Positions 40,313 to 49,953 of a stretch of 64,000 nt of DNA are shown here, piece by piece. Below the pieces are notes generated by a model. The model was not told where the DNA came from, made no database searches, and saw only the letters and a list, made by a program, of their open reading frames with translations. Source of the stretch: a virus; the IMG/VR virus record IMGVR_UViG_3300003177_000010, positions 1-64,000 of that record; one strand, 5' to 3'. Made by a program: the position numbers and the translations under genes. Position 1 is the stretch's first letter, and every line of letters starts with the position of its first letter.

Positions 40313-40359
40313 TTCATTGGGTGCCTCAGCTTTACGTACGACACACCTACAACAGTTAC

Positions 40360-40435
40360 TGGCATCGGTGCAGGGATTCGAACCCTGGACTCATGGTTTT
40401 GGAGACCACTGCTCTGACCACTGAGCTACACCGAT
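40360..40435 (-). tRNA. tRNA-Trp(CCA)
   Basis: Canonical cloverleaf. Confidence 0.95.
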
Positions 40436-40439
40436 AAAT

Positions 40440-40515
40440 TGGTCAGAGTGGTGAGACTCGAACTCACGATCTCCGGAATCCAAGTCCGACGACTTACCAA
40501 CTAGCCTACACTCTG
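40440..40515 (-). tRNA. tRNA-Pro(UGG)
   Basis: Canonical cloverleaf. Confidence 0.95.
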
Positions 40516-40727
40516 CTATCAGCCGGAAATTCTTTTTACATGCAGCCGGATCTGCATATTATTTCTGTACTCTCGATAGAAATCAAACCTACGGTCTTCA
40601 CCTTATAAGAACAATGAGATGATACCTCGCTACAAAATAGTACCCTTGCTCCTTACCGTGGTGTACCGACTCTTTGGTGAGCACTCAGTAGCAATCTTTC
40701 GAAGGCGGGCATTTCTACTGATAATTT

Positions 40728-40800
40728 TGGTACTCTCGATAGGAATCGAACCTATACGTCAGCTTTCGTAGAGCCAAGTCCATTATCCATCGGCGAGAGT
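40728..40800 (-). tRNA. tRNA-Arg(ACG), atypical D arm
   Basis: CTACGAA loop, T arm, CCA. Confidence 0.8.
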
Positions 40801-40806
40801 ATAAAT

Positions 40807-40880
40807 TGGAGGTATAGATCAGATTTGAACTGATGTAACTGAGTTTGCAATCCAGCGCGTAGCCTCTCCGCCACTATACC
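40807..40880 (-). tRNA. tRNA-Cys(GCA)
   Basis: U73, CCA. Confidence 0.9.
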
Positions 40881-40993
40881 ATTAATAGATTGGTTAGCCG
40901 CTTCCTAACCACAGGCCGGTACTTGATCCTTATGATCTGGCCCCGACTTGGCGCTGCACGGAACTAAACAACTATGTTGTTAGTCAAAAAAAA

Positions 40994-41076
40994 TGGAGCG
41001 GGCGACGAGAATCGAACTCGCCATGGAATTAACCGCTAGCTTGGAAGGCTAGTTCTACACCTTGTAGATCACCCGC
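40994..41076 (-). tRNA. tRNA-Gly(UCC) with long variable region
   Basis: CTAGC-CTTCCAA-GCTAG, G1C2G3, U73, CCA. Confidence 0.85.
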
Positions 41077-41184
41077 AAAAAGTCGATTTTGAAACAGAAC
41101 TATCGTAAACCGCATTTGTATACATTGTAAGCAGTGCATCATCACTGTAGGAACTACATCCCGCAACCTCTCCTGTATACACAT

Positions 41185-41215
41185 AAAAAAACCCTCACTA
41201 ATTTCTTAGGAGGGT
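41185..41215 (-). terminator. Intrinsic terminator (attenuator) upstream of tRNA block
   Basis: ACCCTC-CTAA-GAAA-TTAG-T-GAGGGT followed by a U-run. Confidence 0.85.
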
Positions 41216-41244
41216 GTAGACTAGTTAAAATAAGTATATAATAC

Positions 41245-41319
41245 TTATCCGCCATACCCTTCATAAGCCATAGGAAAATCCCATGCACATATATTTTCTT
41301 GTATATTAAATAGTCTCAT
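41245..41319 (-). CDS. Putative leader peptide MRLFNIQENICAWDFPMAYEGYGG
   Basis: 24 codons; GAGAG SD; lies between a promoter and a terminator. Confidence 0.7.
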   Translation of the reverse strand: MRLFNIQENICAWDFPMAYEGYGG

Positions 41320-41366
41320 TTTGTATTCTCTCTTTTAATCAGTTTACCTGATTTTCTTTATAATTA

Positions 41367-41395
41367 AATATAGCACAAAATTTAGCAATAGTCAA
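41367..41395 (-). promoter_or_regulatory. Sigma70-type promoter of leader/tRNA block
   Basis: TTGACT-17nt-TATATT. Confidence 0.75.
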
Positions 41396-41440
41396 CAACT
41401 TTTTTAATTTTTTATGTAAGGTGCTGAAGTGTTTCTTATA

Positions 41441-41878
41441 CTACAGCGAATTAAAAAATCTCTCTAAAACTATATTAGATAAATCCTTATATTCTTTATT
41501 TAGCTTTTTAAAGTCTCTGATTAGCACAGCATTACTTACTTTATTAACATCTTCATCTAAAAAGTTAATGTAATAAGTTAAGTCGTCTTTTAGCTTAGGA
41601 TAATATACATTTTGTAGCTTTACGTCTTTAGTCCACCCTAGAAATATCTCAGACTCGCTATCAATATGGTCACTATCAAACTGGTCTACAAGCTGTTCAA
41701 GGCTATCAGTAGCATAGGCATCTGTAACAGTTTCACCTAAATGGTATTGAGAAAACTCTTCTGGAACCTCTCCAACGGTAACATAATCTTTATACGGATT
41801 AGGGTCTGTATCTCCATCTTCCATTTTTACTACATAACGATGGCGAAATGATTGAATTGACGTAATTACTGCGTACAT
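41441..41878 (-). CDS. Hypothetical protein
   Basis: ORF. Confidence 0.65.
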   Translation of the reverse strand: MYAVITSIQSFRHRYVVKMEDGDTDPNPYKDYVTVGEVPEEFSQYHLGETVTDAYATDSLEQLVDQFDSDHIDSESEIFLGWTKDVKLQNVYYPKLKDDLTYYINFLDEDVNKVSNAVLIRDFKKLNKEYKDLSNIVLERFFNSL

Positions 41879-41954
41879 TTTATATTCCCTTTATTGATGA
41901 TTATTTTTAACATATAATTTTATCTTTTAGCAAATATAAAATGAAATTTTTTAG

Positions 41955-42044
41955 TGGCGGAAGCAGTGAGATTCGAACTCAATACTACTACAAGTACCTT
42001 TAGGTTAGCAACCCAAGACAGAAACCTTTCTGCTTCTTACTTCC
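41955..42044 (-). tRNA. tRNA-Ser(GCU), atypical
   Basis: TTGCTAA loop, long V arm, G73, CCA. Confidence 0.8.
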
Positions 42045-42045
42045 A

Positions 42046-42906
42046 TTACTCTAGTGCATTGTTTTTCGTTTTAGATACTGCGTCCATAACACTGTAATTA
42101 AACACGACTACTAAGATAAGCACTTCTTTAACTTCTGCAATACTAAACCCATCAGTATTAACTACTATTTCTTCAATATCTATAAGTAAATTATCTACTA
42201 TAGCAGATACATATGCACGTCGTGCATCAGCGCTTGGCATACCAATTTTCATTACTACATCAAATCTACTAGGTCTATTAAGAAGTCTAGCAGGTAGCCT
42301 TTCTGGGTAATTAGTAGTAGCTAAAAATAATACTCCGTCTACGTCAGAACTACCATCTAGTAAGTGAGTCATATCTTCGTCACCATGCCTAGCAATAATA
42401 CCATCTATGTCTTCGAATACTACTACAATTTTACGTTCTGGCTCAAGAGTTTTTATAATTTCAATGGAGTCTTCAGCGCTGTCAGCGCTATTAGCAAGGA
42501 TCATAACAGCATCCTCTTTTTCTAGCATACCAGCTAGTCTATATATAGTAGCCGACTTACCACTACCTGGAGGTCCATATAGTAAAATGCCGCGTTTATA
42601 GACAAAATTTAGCTTAGCGTAATCTTTTCTCTTTGTCCAGAAATCTTTTATATGGCTTAGAACAGTGGAGGAGGAATCATCAGGTAGTTTTACAAGACCG
42701 TCAACAGACATAGATAGCCTCTGAAGAAAAGGCTCCACACCCCAAGGAGCGCGGTATTTATATATACCTGCTGGTATCTTACCTTTAGAATAACCACCAA
42801 CTCTCCAAGTCTGCGCTTGAGAATCAGTAGCCCATACAGGGTCTTTTATCTTTAGCGGTTTTTTATATTTGAATGGCTGTACATTTTTAACAACTATATT
42901 TGACAT
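42046..42906 (-). CDS. AAA+ ATPase
   Basis: GPPGSGKS, FEDID, TTN.PE.L...LLNRPSRFD. Confidence 0.92.
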   Translation of the reverse strand: MSNIVVKNVQPFKYKKPLKIKDPVWATDSQAQTWRVGGYSKGKIPAGIYKYRAPWGVEPFLQRLSMSVDGLVKLPDDSSSTVLSHIKDFWTKRKDYAKLNFVYKRGILLYGPPGSGKSATIYRLAGMLEKEDAVMILANSADSAEDSIEIIKTLEPERKIVVVFEDIDGIIARHGDEDMTHLLDGSSDVDGVLFLATTNYPERLPARLLNRPSRFDVVMKIGMPSADARRAYVSAIVDNLLIDIEEIVVNTDGFSIAEVKEVLILVVVFNYSVMDAVSKTKNNALE

Positions 42907-42972
42907 TTTTTAATCCTTATGTTAGCTTATTAATAGTATATAATATAACATAATAATAGTCAAATAATAAAA

Positions 42973-43326
42973 TTAAAATCCGCTATATGGATATGTAATC
43001 CAAGACTTAATATTATAGTAGGATACATCTTTACCGTACTTATTAACCATAGTGTGTATGCGTTTAAGTAAGTATTTATCTGCTAAAGGACTATTGAGGG
43101 CTTTACAATTCTGCTCTACAGTCTTATACTCTTTATTACTTATTATGGCTCTAGCTAAAAAAGTAGCTCTATTTTCCCTACGAACAGTAATTTTTCTATG
43201 GTTAGCTAAATTATTTAACATGCTAACGTCTTTATTATTACTTTGTTTGATCTTTAACTCTTCAAAGCGTATAAGTTTAGCCTCTATACCTAAGTGCTTT
43301 GACTTTATTTTAAGTTCTATACTCAT
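42973..43326 (-). CDS. Conserved hypothetical phage protein
   Basis: LKIK.K.L..EA..IR.EE, L..HR...VR.E.R...LA. Confidence 0.65.
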   Translation of the reverse strand: MSIELKIKSKHLGIEAKLIRFEELKIKQSNNKDVSMLNNLANHRKITVRRENRATFLARAIISNKEYKTVEQNCKALNSPLADKYLLKRIHTMVNKYGKDVSYYNIKSWITYPYSGF

Positions 43327-43626
43327 TATATCATCTTTATATTATTATACTTATAGCTATACAGTAATTTCAATCCATATATCTGAAGGATTAACTATTA
43401 CGTTATATTACCTGTGTGCAAGGTTCTACCTCTGGCCAACATCTTACCTGACTTATCCTTTAAAGACGCTATTCCGCCTTTCTATAATTATTTATAACAT
43501 TAAAATTAACCATTAGGCAAATGTTATTTTGATTTTTTAAGAGTTTACCCGTTATTAAATAGTTTTAACTCTAATACTACATACACTATAGTTATATATA
43601 GCATTAAAATTAGCCGTTAGGCAATA

Positions 43627-44454
43627 TTAAACTTCGTTTAATGGCCAGTAAGGCTGTTCAATATTGAATGTTCTATATATTTTACTACAATCTAGCCTAG
43701 AGTTTTTAGGTCTTTTTATAGAATCGTTACTGCCCTTAGTACTAATTCGATTAATTTTACAAGTATAATTATTACTTTTTACTATGTATTCTGCAAAGTC
43801 AGCCCAACTAACTGCGGGTACTCCTGAATAATTATACACACCAGATACAGTACTATTTCGAAGTAGCTTTTTAGCAATAGTAGGAATTATACTGGCTATA
43901 CTTGACGCAGATGTAGGCCCTCCTATTTGATCGTCTACTACACTTATACTACTCTGATTTGTAGCAAGGTTTTTTATAGTATTTACAAAATTTTTACCTT
44001 TATCAGAAAATACCCAAGAAGTCCTAATTATAGCATAAGTACCCCCAACCCTAGATATACCTATATCAGCTAACTCTTTAGTTATACCATATGAGTTTAT
44101 AGGGTGAGTTCTATTTTTCTCTTTATATGCTTTTTTCTTTTTACCATTATATACATAGTCAGTAGAAATGTGGATAAAAACTTTATTATTGTCTTTTGCT
44201 GCCTGGGCCATAACAATAGGTGTTATACTGTTTACTATGTATGCTTCTTTCATATTATCTGGGCAGTTCTTAACACCTGTATAAGCAGCTAAATTAACAA
44301 TTACATCTGCATCAGACTTTTTTATTATATCAGTACAGGCATCAGTATTTAATAAATTAGCAGTAGATCTATTTATAAATATTGCGTTATCTACTACATC
44401 CTTAAATGCAGTAGCTATCTGTCCTGTGCTACCAAAAACTAAATATTTTATCAT
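43627..44454 (-). CDS. rmlD: dTDP-4-dehydrorhamnose reductase
   Basis: G.TGQI, AAYT.V, ISTDYV, P.NSYG.TK, DQIG.PT, RPKNS.LD. Confidence 0.92.
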   Translation of the reverse strand: MIKYLVFGSTGQIATAFKDVVDNAIFINRSTANLLNTDACTDIIKKSDADVIVNLAAYTGVKNCPDNMKEAYIVNSITPIVMAQAAKDNNKVFIHISTDYVYNGKKKKAYKEKNRTHPINSYGITKELADIGISRVGGTYAIIRTSWVFSDKGKNFVNTIKNLATNQSSISVVDDQIGGPTSASSIASIIPTIAKKLLRNSTVSGVYNYSGVPAVSWADFAEYIVKSNNYTCKINRISTKGSNDSIKRPKNSRLDCSKIYRTFNIEQPYWPLNEV

Positions 44455-44991
44455 CTAAAAGGGACTTTCAAAATCAGTAAAATTAATTGCGGATTTATCT
44501 TTATCTGATAAAATACTTTGTAAAGGTAAAGTTATTAAACCGTTAAAAGATACGGACATGTCACAGGTACTATCATAATAATCAGAACACTTATAAAATA
44601 CTTTAGTGTAAGGCTCTAAGGTAATAAAACCATGTAAAAACCCTTCAGGTATAAATAGTTGCTCTGCGTGCTTATCCGTTATTATCTGTTGAACAGCTTT
44701 TCCATATGTACTACTACTTTTACGAATGTCTATTGCAATATCTAATATGGACCCTTTCATACAAGTTACTAGTTTAGCTTGCGCTTTAGGAGGCTTCTGA
44801 AAATGTAAACCTCTTGCAGTGTGTTTGCTTACAGATACAGAAAAGTTATCTTGTACAAAGACAGGTAATTTAACGCCTTCTCGCAGTAATGTATTATTAT
44901 TATAGCTCTCTACGAAGGCTCCTCTAGTATCTTTATGTATTTTTGGATATATAAGTATAACATCGTTTATACCTGTAGTAACTATACGCAT
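44455..44991 (-). CDS. rmlC: dTDP-4-dehydrorhamnose 3,5-epimerase
   Basis: D.RG.F.E, QDN.S, RGLHFQ, QAKLV, PEGFLHGF, LSDKD. Confidence 0.95.
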   Translation of the reverse strand: MRIVTTGINDVILIYPKIHKDTRGAFVESYNNNTLLREGVKLPVFVQDNFSVSVSKHTARGLHFQKPPKAQAKLVTCMKGSILDIAIDIRKSSSTYGKAVQQIITDKHAEQLFIPEGFLHGFITLEPYTKVFYKCSDYYDSTCDMSVSFNGLITLPLQSILSDKDKSAINFTDFESPF

Positions 44992-45480
44992 TTAATACCT
45001 ATACATTCTAGCATTCTAACTGCTATTAGCAATTCTCCTGTGTACAATGAGTCAATAATTCGCATCTCGTTAAATACTTCATCTTTATATAACCATTTAA
45101 GAGTTTTCATTGTGCCCCATTTGATTTAGTTGTTGTTCAAAAATATTTATCTGCTTTAGTAATTCTTTTTTATGCTTACTTGCTAGTAAGTATATGTCAT
45201 GATCTGACGTATTTTCTAGTACATACTCTACAAAGTCTAATTGTTCAAAAGTATTAATCATTACTTATAACAGTACTAGATACAATATCTTCTTGAATTC
45301 TTATTGATTCATCTGGTGTAACAGCTCCTTCTTCAATAAATTTTTCTATGTCTTGCATAGTTACTTTAGATAAAGAGTCAAATAAATAGGTGTGCCTTAT
45401 ATGCTCGATTGTTACTATTTTTACGTTATTCATGTAGTACCTTTTTAATGTAAATATAGCTGCTACGGCAGCTATATTTT

Positions 45481-45615
45481 TTATACTAGTATACCTTTAC
45501 GGCATAATTCTTTTTGCTTATGTTCTAACTCAGCTAAGCTTTTGGAGGTTGCTAAATAATCTTCAATATAACTATCCCTAGTCTTAAATAATTTAGCTAA
45601 TATATACTTAACCAT
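45481..45615 (-). CDS. DUF3563-like small protein
   Basis: YLATSKSLAELEHKQK, translated by hand. Confidence 0.5.
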   Translation of the reverse strand: MVKYILAKLFKTRDSYIEDYLATSKSLAELEHKQKELCRKGILV

Positions 45616-45756
45616 ACATACGCGAAACTTGAGTAACAGTTTTGCCATGAGTTAGCATATAGTAAGCAGCGTTAGCTTCACTTCCATATTCAACTTGGCA
45701 GTATCTGTATAATCCACTATTATTTTTAAGTACTTTTTTTAACATGTTTAACATGG

Positions 45757-46170
45757 CTACAAACCTTTTACTTTAATTTTATTGGCTTTTGCAGCTTTTG
45801 GAACTTTGATCTCTATATTAATAGATAATATACCGTTAGCTAGATTAGCATTAGTAACTTTAGCATCTTCAGCTAATTTAAATACCTTAGTAAATTTTTT
45901 AGCAGAGATACCTTTATGTATATATTTATCTGCGCTACGATGTTTATCTCTATTACCGGTGATAGTTAGTACATTATTTAGCTCTTCTAGATCTATATCA
46001 TCTATAGTAAAACCAGCAACGGCTATTTCTATAGTATATTTATTATTTGATTCTTTAGCAATATTATACGGTGGATAGTTATCTGTAGATACCGACATTA
46101 AATTATTAAAAGAGTCAAGTAGGGGTTCAAAGCCAATGAAAGCTCTGCGTGATAGGTGTAAGTCAGTCAT
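45757..46170 (-). CDS. Small heat-shock protein Hsp20/IbpA-like
   Basis: YPPYNI, IAVAGF, HKGIS, A.L.NGIL. Confidence 0.95.
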   Translation of the reverse strand: MTDLHLSRRAFIGFEPLLDSFNNLMSVSTDNYPPYNIAKESNNKYTIEIAVAGFTIDDIDLEELNNVLTITGNRDKHRSADKYIHKGISAKKFTKVFKLAEDAKVTNANLANGILSINIEIKVPKAAKANKIKVKGL

Positions 46171-46174
46171 TTTA

Positions 46175-46192
46175 TCTCCTTATTAAGCAAGA
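46175..46192 (-). promoter_or_regulatory. ROSE-like RNA thermometer hairpin
   Basis: TCTTGCTT pairs with the SD AAGGAGA with a bulged G. Confidence 0.6.
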
Positions 46193-46255
46193 CTAATTAT
46201 AGTAAACCGGAATTCCGCATTTACAATTTGCTATTTCATAGCATAGCTGCTATTA

Positions 46256-47035
46256 TTAATGTTTAGGAAAATCCATTCTATATATATCAGTTTCTATACA
46301 GTCTTCTCCGTATTGTATCTCTATTACTGATATTTCCTTATCTGTATTATTCTCTAAGCAGTGCCAACAATTTACAGGTAATAATACATAGTTATCTTGT
46401 ATATAGTTTATAGTAGTAAGTCTACTGCCTACAAAGCTACTGTGGACTGTAGCAGTACCTTTTCTAATAAACCACAATTCGCTTCTCTTACTATGTTTTT
46501 GCCAAGACAAGCGTTTACCTGGGCTAACTGTTAATTCTTTAATTTTAGTGTGTTTACTATAAGATTTTAATACTCTCCAAGTACCCCAGTCTCTTATAGC
46601 TTCTTCAGAGTAATAGTTATTCAACGTAGTTGAAGATGAATTAACTTTATTAGTGCCGCCTAAGTAACCGTCTATTAGCACTCTATTATTTAAGCAATAA
46701 TCTTTTTCAGGGAAATTACCATTAGCTCTATCACCGCCGTTACCGAATGTTAAAGTACTATGAATATTTCTATCTTTTATTTTTCTAATAAGTTTTATAG
46801 CAGTATCATCAGAATCATCAAATATTACTACTTCATCTATATACTTTATAGAGGTTAATATAGCAAACCTAGTAGCTAAACTCTGAAAATTATTACCCTT
46901 TTTTCTTTTTAGCCAGCTATCCGAATTAATACCTACAATGACTTTATCATATTTAATAGATGCTTCTTCAAACATAGCTATGTGACCCTCATGAATAGGG
47001 TCAAAACCACCAGAAAGTACTACTACATTACCCAA
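46256..47035 (-). CDS. Cytidylyltransferase fused to a mannose-6-P isomerase-type cupin
   Basis: GGFDPIHEGH, NGGDR, NSSS; R.WG, LS.QKH..RSE.W, EIQYG...E.DI.R. Confidence 0.9.
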   Translation of the reverse strand: MGNVVVLSGGFDPIHEGHIAMFEEASIKYDKVIVGINSDSWLKRKKGNNFQSLATRFAILTSIKYIDEVVIFDDSDDTAIKLIRKIKDRNIHSTLTFGNGGDRANGNFPEKDYCLNNRVLIDGYLGGTNKVNSSSTTLNNYYSEEAIRDWGTWRVLKSYSKHTKIKELTVSPGKRLSWQKHSKRSELWFIRKGTATVHSSFVGSRLTTINYIQDNYVLLPVNCWHCLENNTDKEISVIEIQYGEDCIETDIYRMDFPKH

Positions 47036-47258
47036 TACATAATTGTCCTACTTTTTCAGTAGTATCTCCATATACTTCTCCAAATATACTACCTGCCTTT
47101 TTCCACTTATCTAAGATTTTAATATGTTTACATAGACGAGTAGATGGGCAAGTACATGAATTATGTGATACCTTATACACAGCGGTAGGTAGGCTAGTAT
47201 CTTCAAATTTAGAGATTTCAAAATTATTACTTACTTTTCTAAGTAGATATTCTGCCAT
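47028..47258 (-). CDS. SWIM Zn-finger protein
   Basis: CTCP....CKH. Confidence 0.7.
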   Translation of the reverse strand: MAEYLLRKVSNNFEISKFEDTSLPTAVYKVSHNSCTCPSTRLCKHIKILDKWKKAGSIFGEVYGDTTEKVGQLCIG

Positions 47259-47781
47259 TATAATCCTTTATTGCATTATTATAGATAGCTTTTAACTGCT
47301 CCTGATTGCTAGGTAAAATATTATTTAACATATTTATTCTAAGTTTTTTATAGTATTCTTTAAATAAATGCCCATGAGGTGTGCCTTTTATACTATAGTG
47401 TTTATATGCAAAATATTGAACAGCATGAGATACCTCATGAGCAATAGTGCCATATAACTTGTGTAAAGGGTCATAAGTGTAAAAATCACCTATTATATCG
47501 TCATTATTATACTTACCATGTTCTGAAAATTTTATAGGTATAGGATTACTCATAGGATTAGAATCATAAATATACCTATAATTATCTCTCATGGCTATAT
47601 TTATACCTGGACCTTTTTTATACATACCTCCTTTTGAGGCAGTACGGCGAGGATCCCAGTCTAGCCTAGTAGTAACAAGTACAAAAGAAGATTCTATGTT
47701 TCTTTGTATATAGTTTTCTAATAAACTAGCGTAATCATACGCTAGATTATTTACTTCAGTTTTTGGCCTAATTCTGCTCAA
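47239..47781 (-). CDS. SprT-like metalloprotease
   Basis: HEVSH...PHG..F. Confidence 0.65.
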   Translation of the reverse strand: MSRIRPKTEVNNLAYDYASLLENYIQRNIESSFVLVTTRLDWDPRRTASKGGMYKKGPGINIAMRDNYRYIYDSNPMSNPIPIKFSEHGKYNNDDIIGDFYTYDPLHKLYGTIAHEVSHAVQYFAYKHYSIKGTPHGHLFKEYYKKLRINMLNNILPSNQEQLKAIYNNAIKDYNGRIST

Positions 47782-48041
47782 TATTTTGTACTAGGTTTTG
47801 AGGGCAGTTTCCATACCTCGTTAGCATTAACTTTAATAAAGCGCTTATTAGTTTCATTTTTATTAGGGTTTTCTATAGTAAGAACTACATTTTTACCTTC
47901 TAAAAATGCAGTATACTGATTAAGTACCCTCTTTCCTGTAAGTAGATAAGCAGATCGCATAGCATTAGTTAATTTTTTACTAACGCTATGACGTTCCCCT
48001 TTGGATACGTATTTACTATGGGATTTTTTATGCTTAGCCAT
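47778..48041 (-). CDS. Conserved basic phage protein
   Basis: YVSKGER, TIENPNKNETNKRFIKV. Confidence 0.65.
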   Translation of the reverse strand: MAKHKKSHSKYVSKGERHSVSKKLTNAMRSAYLLTGKRVLNQYTAFLEGKNVVLTIENPNKNETNKRFIKVNANEVWKLPSKPSTKY

Positions 48042-48068
48042 TGTATATTCCTTTTATAAGCTTTGCAG

Positions 48069-48692
48069 TTAATATTCAGTTCTATTTTTTACTTTATCTT
48101 TATTAAGTAGCCATCTAATTTTAGGGTCATCATTGTATTGTTTATCCCATATGTACCAAGCGTAACATATAGCATTAGATGCCTTAGTTATTTCTCCATT
48201 TTTATATATAGGCTGTCTATTAGAAAAAATATATACATACTTTAAATTTTTATTACTAGTAAAAAATGAATAACGTCTCTCACTTTCCAAAAAAGTAATT
48301 TTTAAGAACATAGCTACGAATCTACTAGAAACTTTTAAGCTTTTTTCTACAAAGGGCATTAACAATTTAGTAGTATATGGAGGATTCGTTATAACTAAAT
48401 CATAAGTTTTACTATACTCTTTAGCTAAGAAATCTACCCCTACCTCTATGGAATCATCCCCATAATAATGTAAATCTGAAGATTCAATAGTAGCATCAGG
48501 ATAGAATCGTTGTACTGCGTTACTAATATGTTTCATACCACAAGCAGGCTCTAAAACGGTGTCTATGTTGCCGAATAAATTTAATTCTAGTAGACTCTCA
48601 GTACTTAAAGTAGGGGTCGGATAATAGTCCGTCGCACTTCGTGCGTTACCTTTGCCACTAGAGCCGCCTGTTATTACTGCGTAATTCTTCAT
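48069..48692 (-). CDS. DNA amino-methyltransferase (N6-adenine type)
   Basis: DYYPTP, LEPACG, ITNPPY, YAWYIW. Confidence 0.88.
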   Translation of the reverse strand: MKNYAVITGGSSGKGNARSATDYYPTPTLSTESLLELNLFGNIDTVLEPACGMKHISNAVQRFYPDATIESSDLHYYGDDSIEVGVDFLAKEYSKTYDLVITNPPYTTKLLMPFVEKSLKVSSRFVAMFLKITFLESERRYSFFTSNKNLKYVYIFSNRQPIYKNGEITKASNAICYAWYIWDKQYNDDPKIRWLLNKDKVKNRTEY

Positions 48693-48920
48693 CTAATAAT
48701 ATTTTTTCTTATTATGTAGAAGTCCTAACATAAAAGGCCATAATAAAGTAAGTATAATAACTTTAATTTTATTATTTTTATCAGCACCTCTAAATAAATG
48801 TTGTGCCACTACAAAGGACCCTAAACTATATAGTAGGTATACGGTAATTAAAAATATTAACATTTTTTTTTCTTTCTTATTAATTTATAAACTAAAAATA
48901 ACCTTTAGGCAAATAATATA

Positions 48921-49418
48921 TTATATTATTTCATCTATTAAGTTATACTGTTTTGCTTTTTTAGGAGTTAACTGCACGTCATTAGGAGGAAGTAGCTCTG
49001 CCTCTATGATTTTCTTTGGTAATTTAGTATATTTACAGTAGTGTTTTACGAATCTTTTATACTCTGCATTTATGTTATTGCTAAATAACTCATGAGCTTT
49101 ACCAGAGATGCTACCTGAAGGTTGATGCGACACTAATGTAGTATTTTTAGTAACTCTACGGTAATCTCCTGCCATTAGCACGATTAAGGCACAAGAAGCT
49201 ACCATACCTGTACCAACTATTACAATGGGTATTTTAGACCACGCTATAGTATCAATTAAAGCAAAGGCACTAGCAGTCTCCCCACCATAAGAATTTATAA
49301 TTAAAGTTAAAAAGTTATGGATCTTTTGGTCGTTACTATTTACAATCCATTTTATTACTTCTGCAGTGCTTTCATTATCAAAGTCTTTATAGAAGTAAAA
49401 TTTACTACTATCATACAT
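48921..49418 (-). CDS. clpP: ClpP-like protease subunit
   Basis: INSYGG, VASCA (Ser), SHQP (His), A..YNLIDEI. Confidence 0.85.
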   Translation of the reverse strand: MYDSSKFYFYKDFDNESTAEVIKWIVNSNDQKIHNFLTLIINSYGGETASAFALIDTIAWSKIPIVIVGTGMVASCALIVLMAGDYRRVTKNTTLVSHQPSGSISGKAHELFSNNINAEYKRFVKHYCKYTKLPKKIIEAELLPPNDVQLTPKKAKQYNLIDEII

Positions 49419-49421
49419 ATA

Positions 49422-49619
49422 TTATAACCCTGTACTTACTGATATAGACACATTCTGTCGTAATTCTAAAAAAGAATGTATAAAGCTACTAGGGTCATAT
49501 ATAGTAGCACAATTAGTACACTCTATAACACTAATAGGCTGTATGGTACTGTTATAGTACCACACTTCTTCTTCTGTATAGCAATTTGGACAAAATGCTC
49601 TAGCTCTATGTATACTCAT
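49422..49619 (-). CDS. Zn-ribbon protein
   Basis: CPNC...CTNC. Confidence 0.55.
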   Translation of the reverse strand: MSIHRARAFCPNCYTEEEVWYYNSTIQPISVIECTNCATIYDPSSFIHSFLELRQNVSISVSTGL

Positions 49620-49622
49620 GTA

Positions 49623-49946
49623 CTACTTAGGCTTACTCATATAAGCAGTAGCACCAAAGTAAAATCCTATTATAGAGGCAAAAGATAGCATAACTACCCC
49701 ACTCATATCGGAAATAAAGGATAATCTATCTGCAGTTACATAGGGAATTATAGGTAGTACAGAATACAAAATTAAAAATATTAAAGCTACCCATGCCATA
49801 TTTTTCTGTGCTAGTGCTTTCTCTTCTCGTAATTCTAACTCTATAAGGTCTTTAGCTAAAGAAACTTCCTCGGCAGTCATATCACCATTTTTATTTAAGT
49901 CAAAACGACTCCAATCATTCAACATGTTGAATATTCTCTCTTTCAT
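49623..49946 (-). CDS. Holin-like two-TM protein
   Basis: Two TMs, IIGFYFG; adjacent to spanins. Confidence 0.55.
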   Translation of the reverse strand: MKERIFNMLNDWSRFDLNKNGDMTAEEVSLAKDLIELELREEKALAQKNMAWVALIFLILYSVLPIIPYVTADRLSFISDMSGVVMLSFASIIGFYFGATAYMSKPK

Positions 49947-49953
49947 TTTTCCC

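Noticed and set aside
40567-40590. Additional tRNA-Arg
   Set aside because: Only a degenerate 3'-end copy of the 40728 gene
40891-40985. Pistol ribozyme or SRP RNA
   Set aside because: Hairpins are present but the conserved cores do not match; left unassigned
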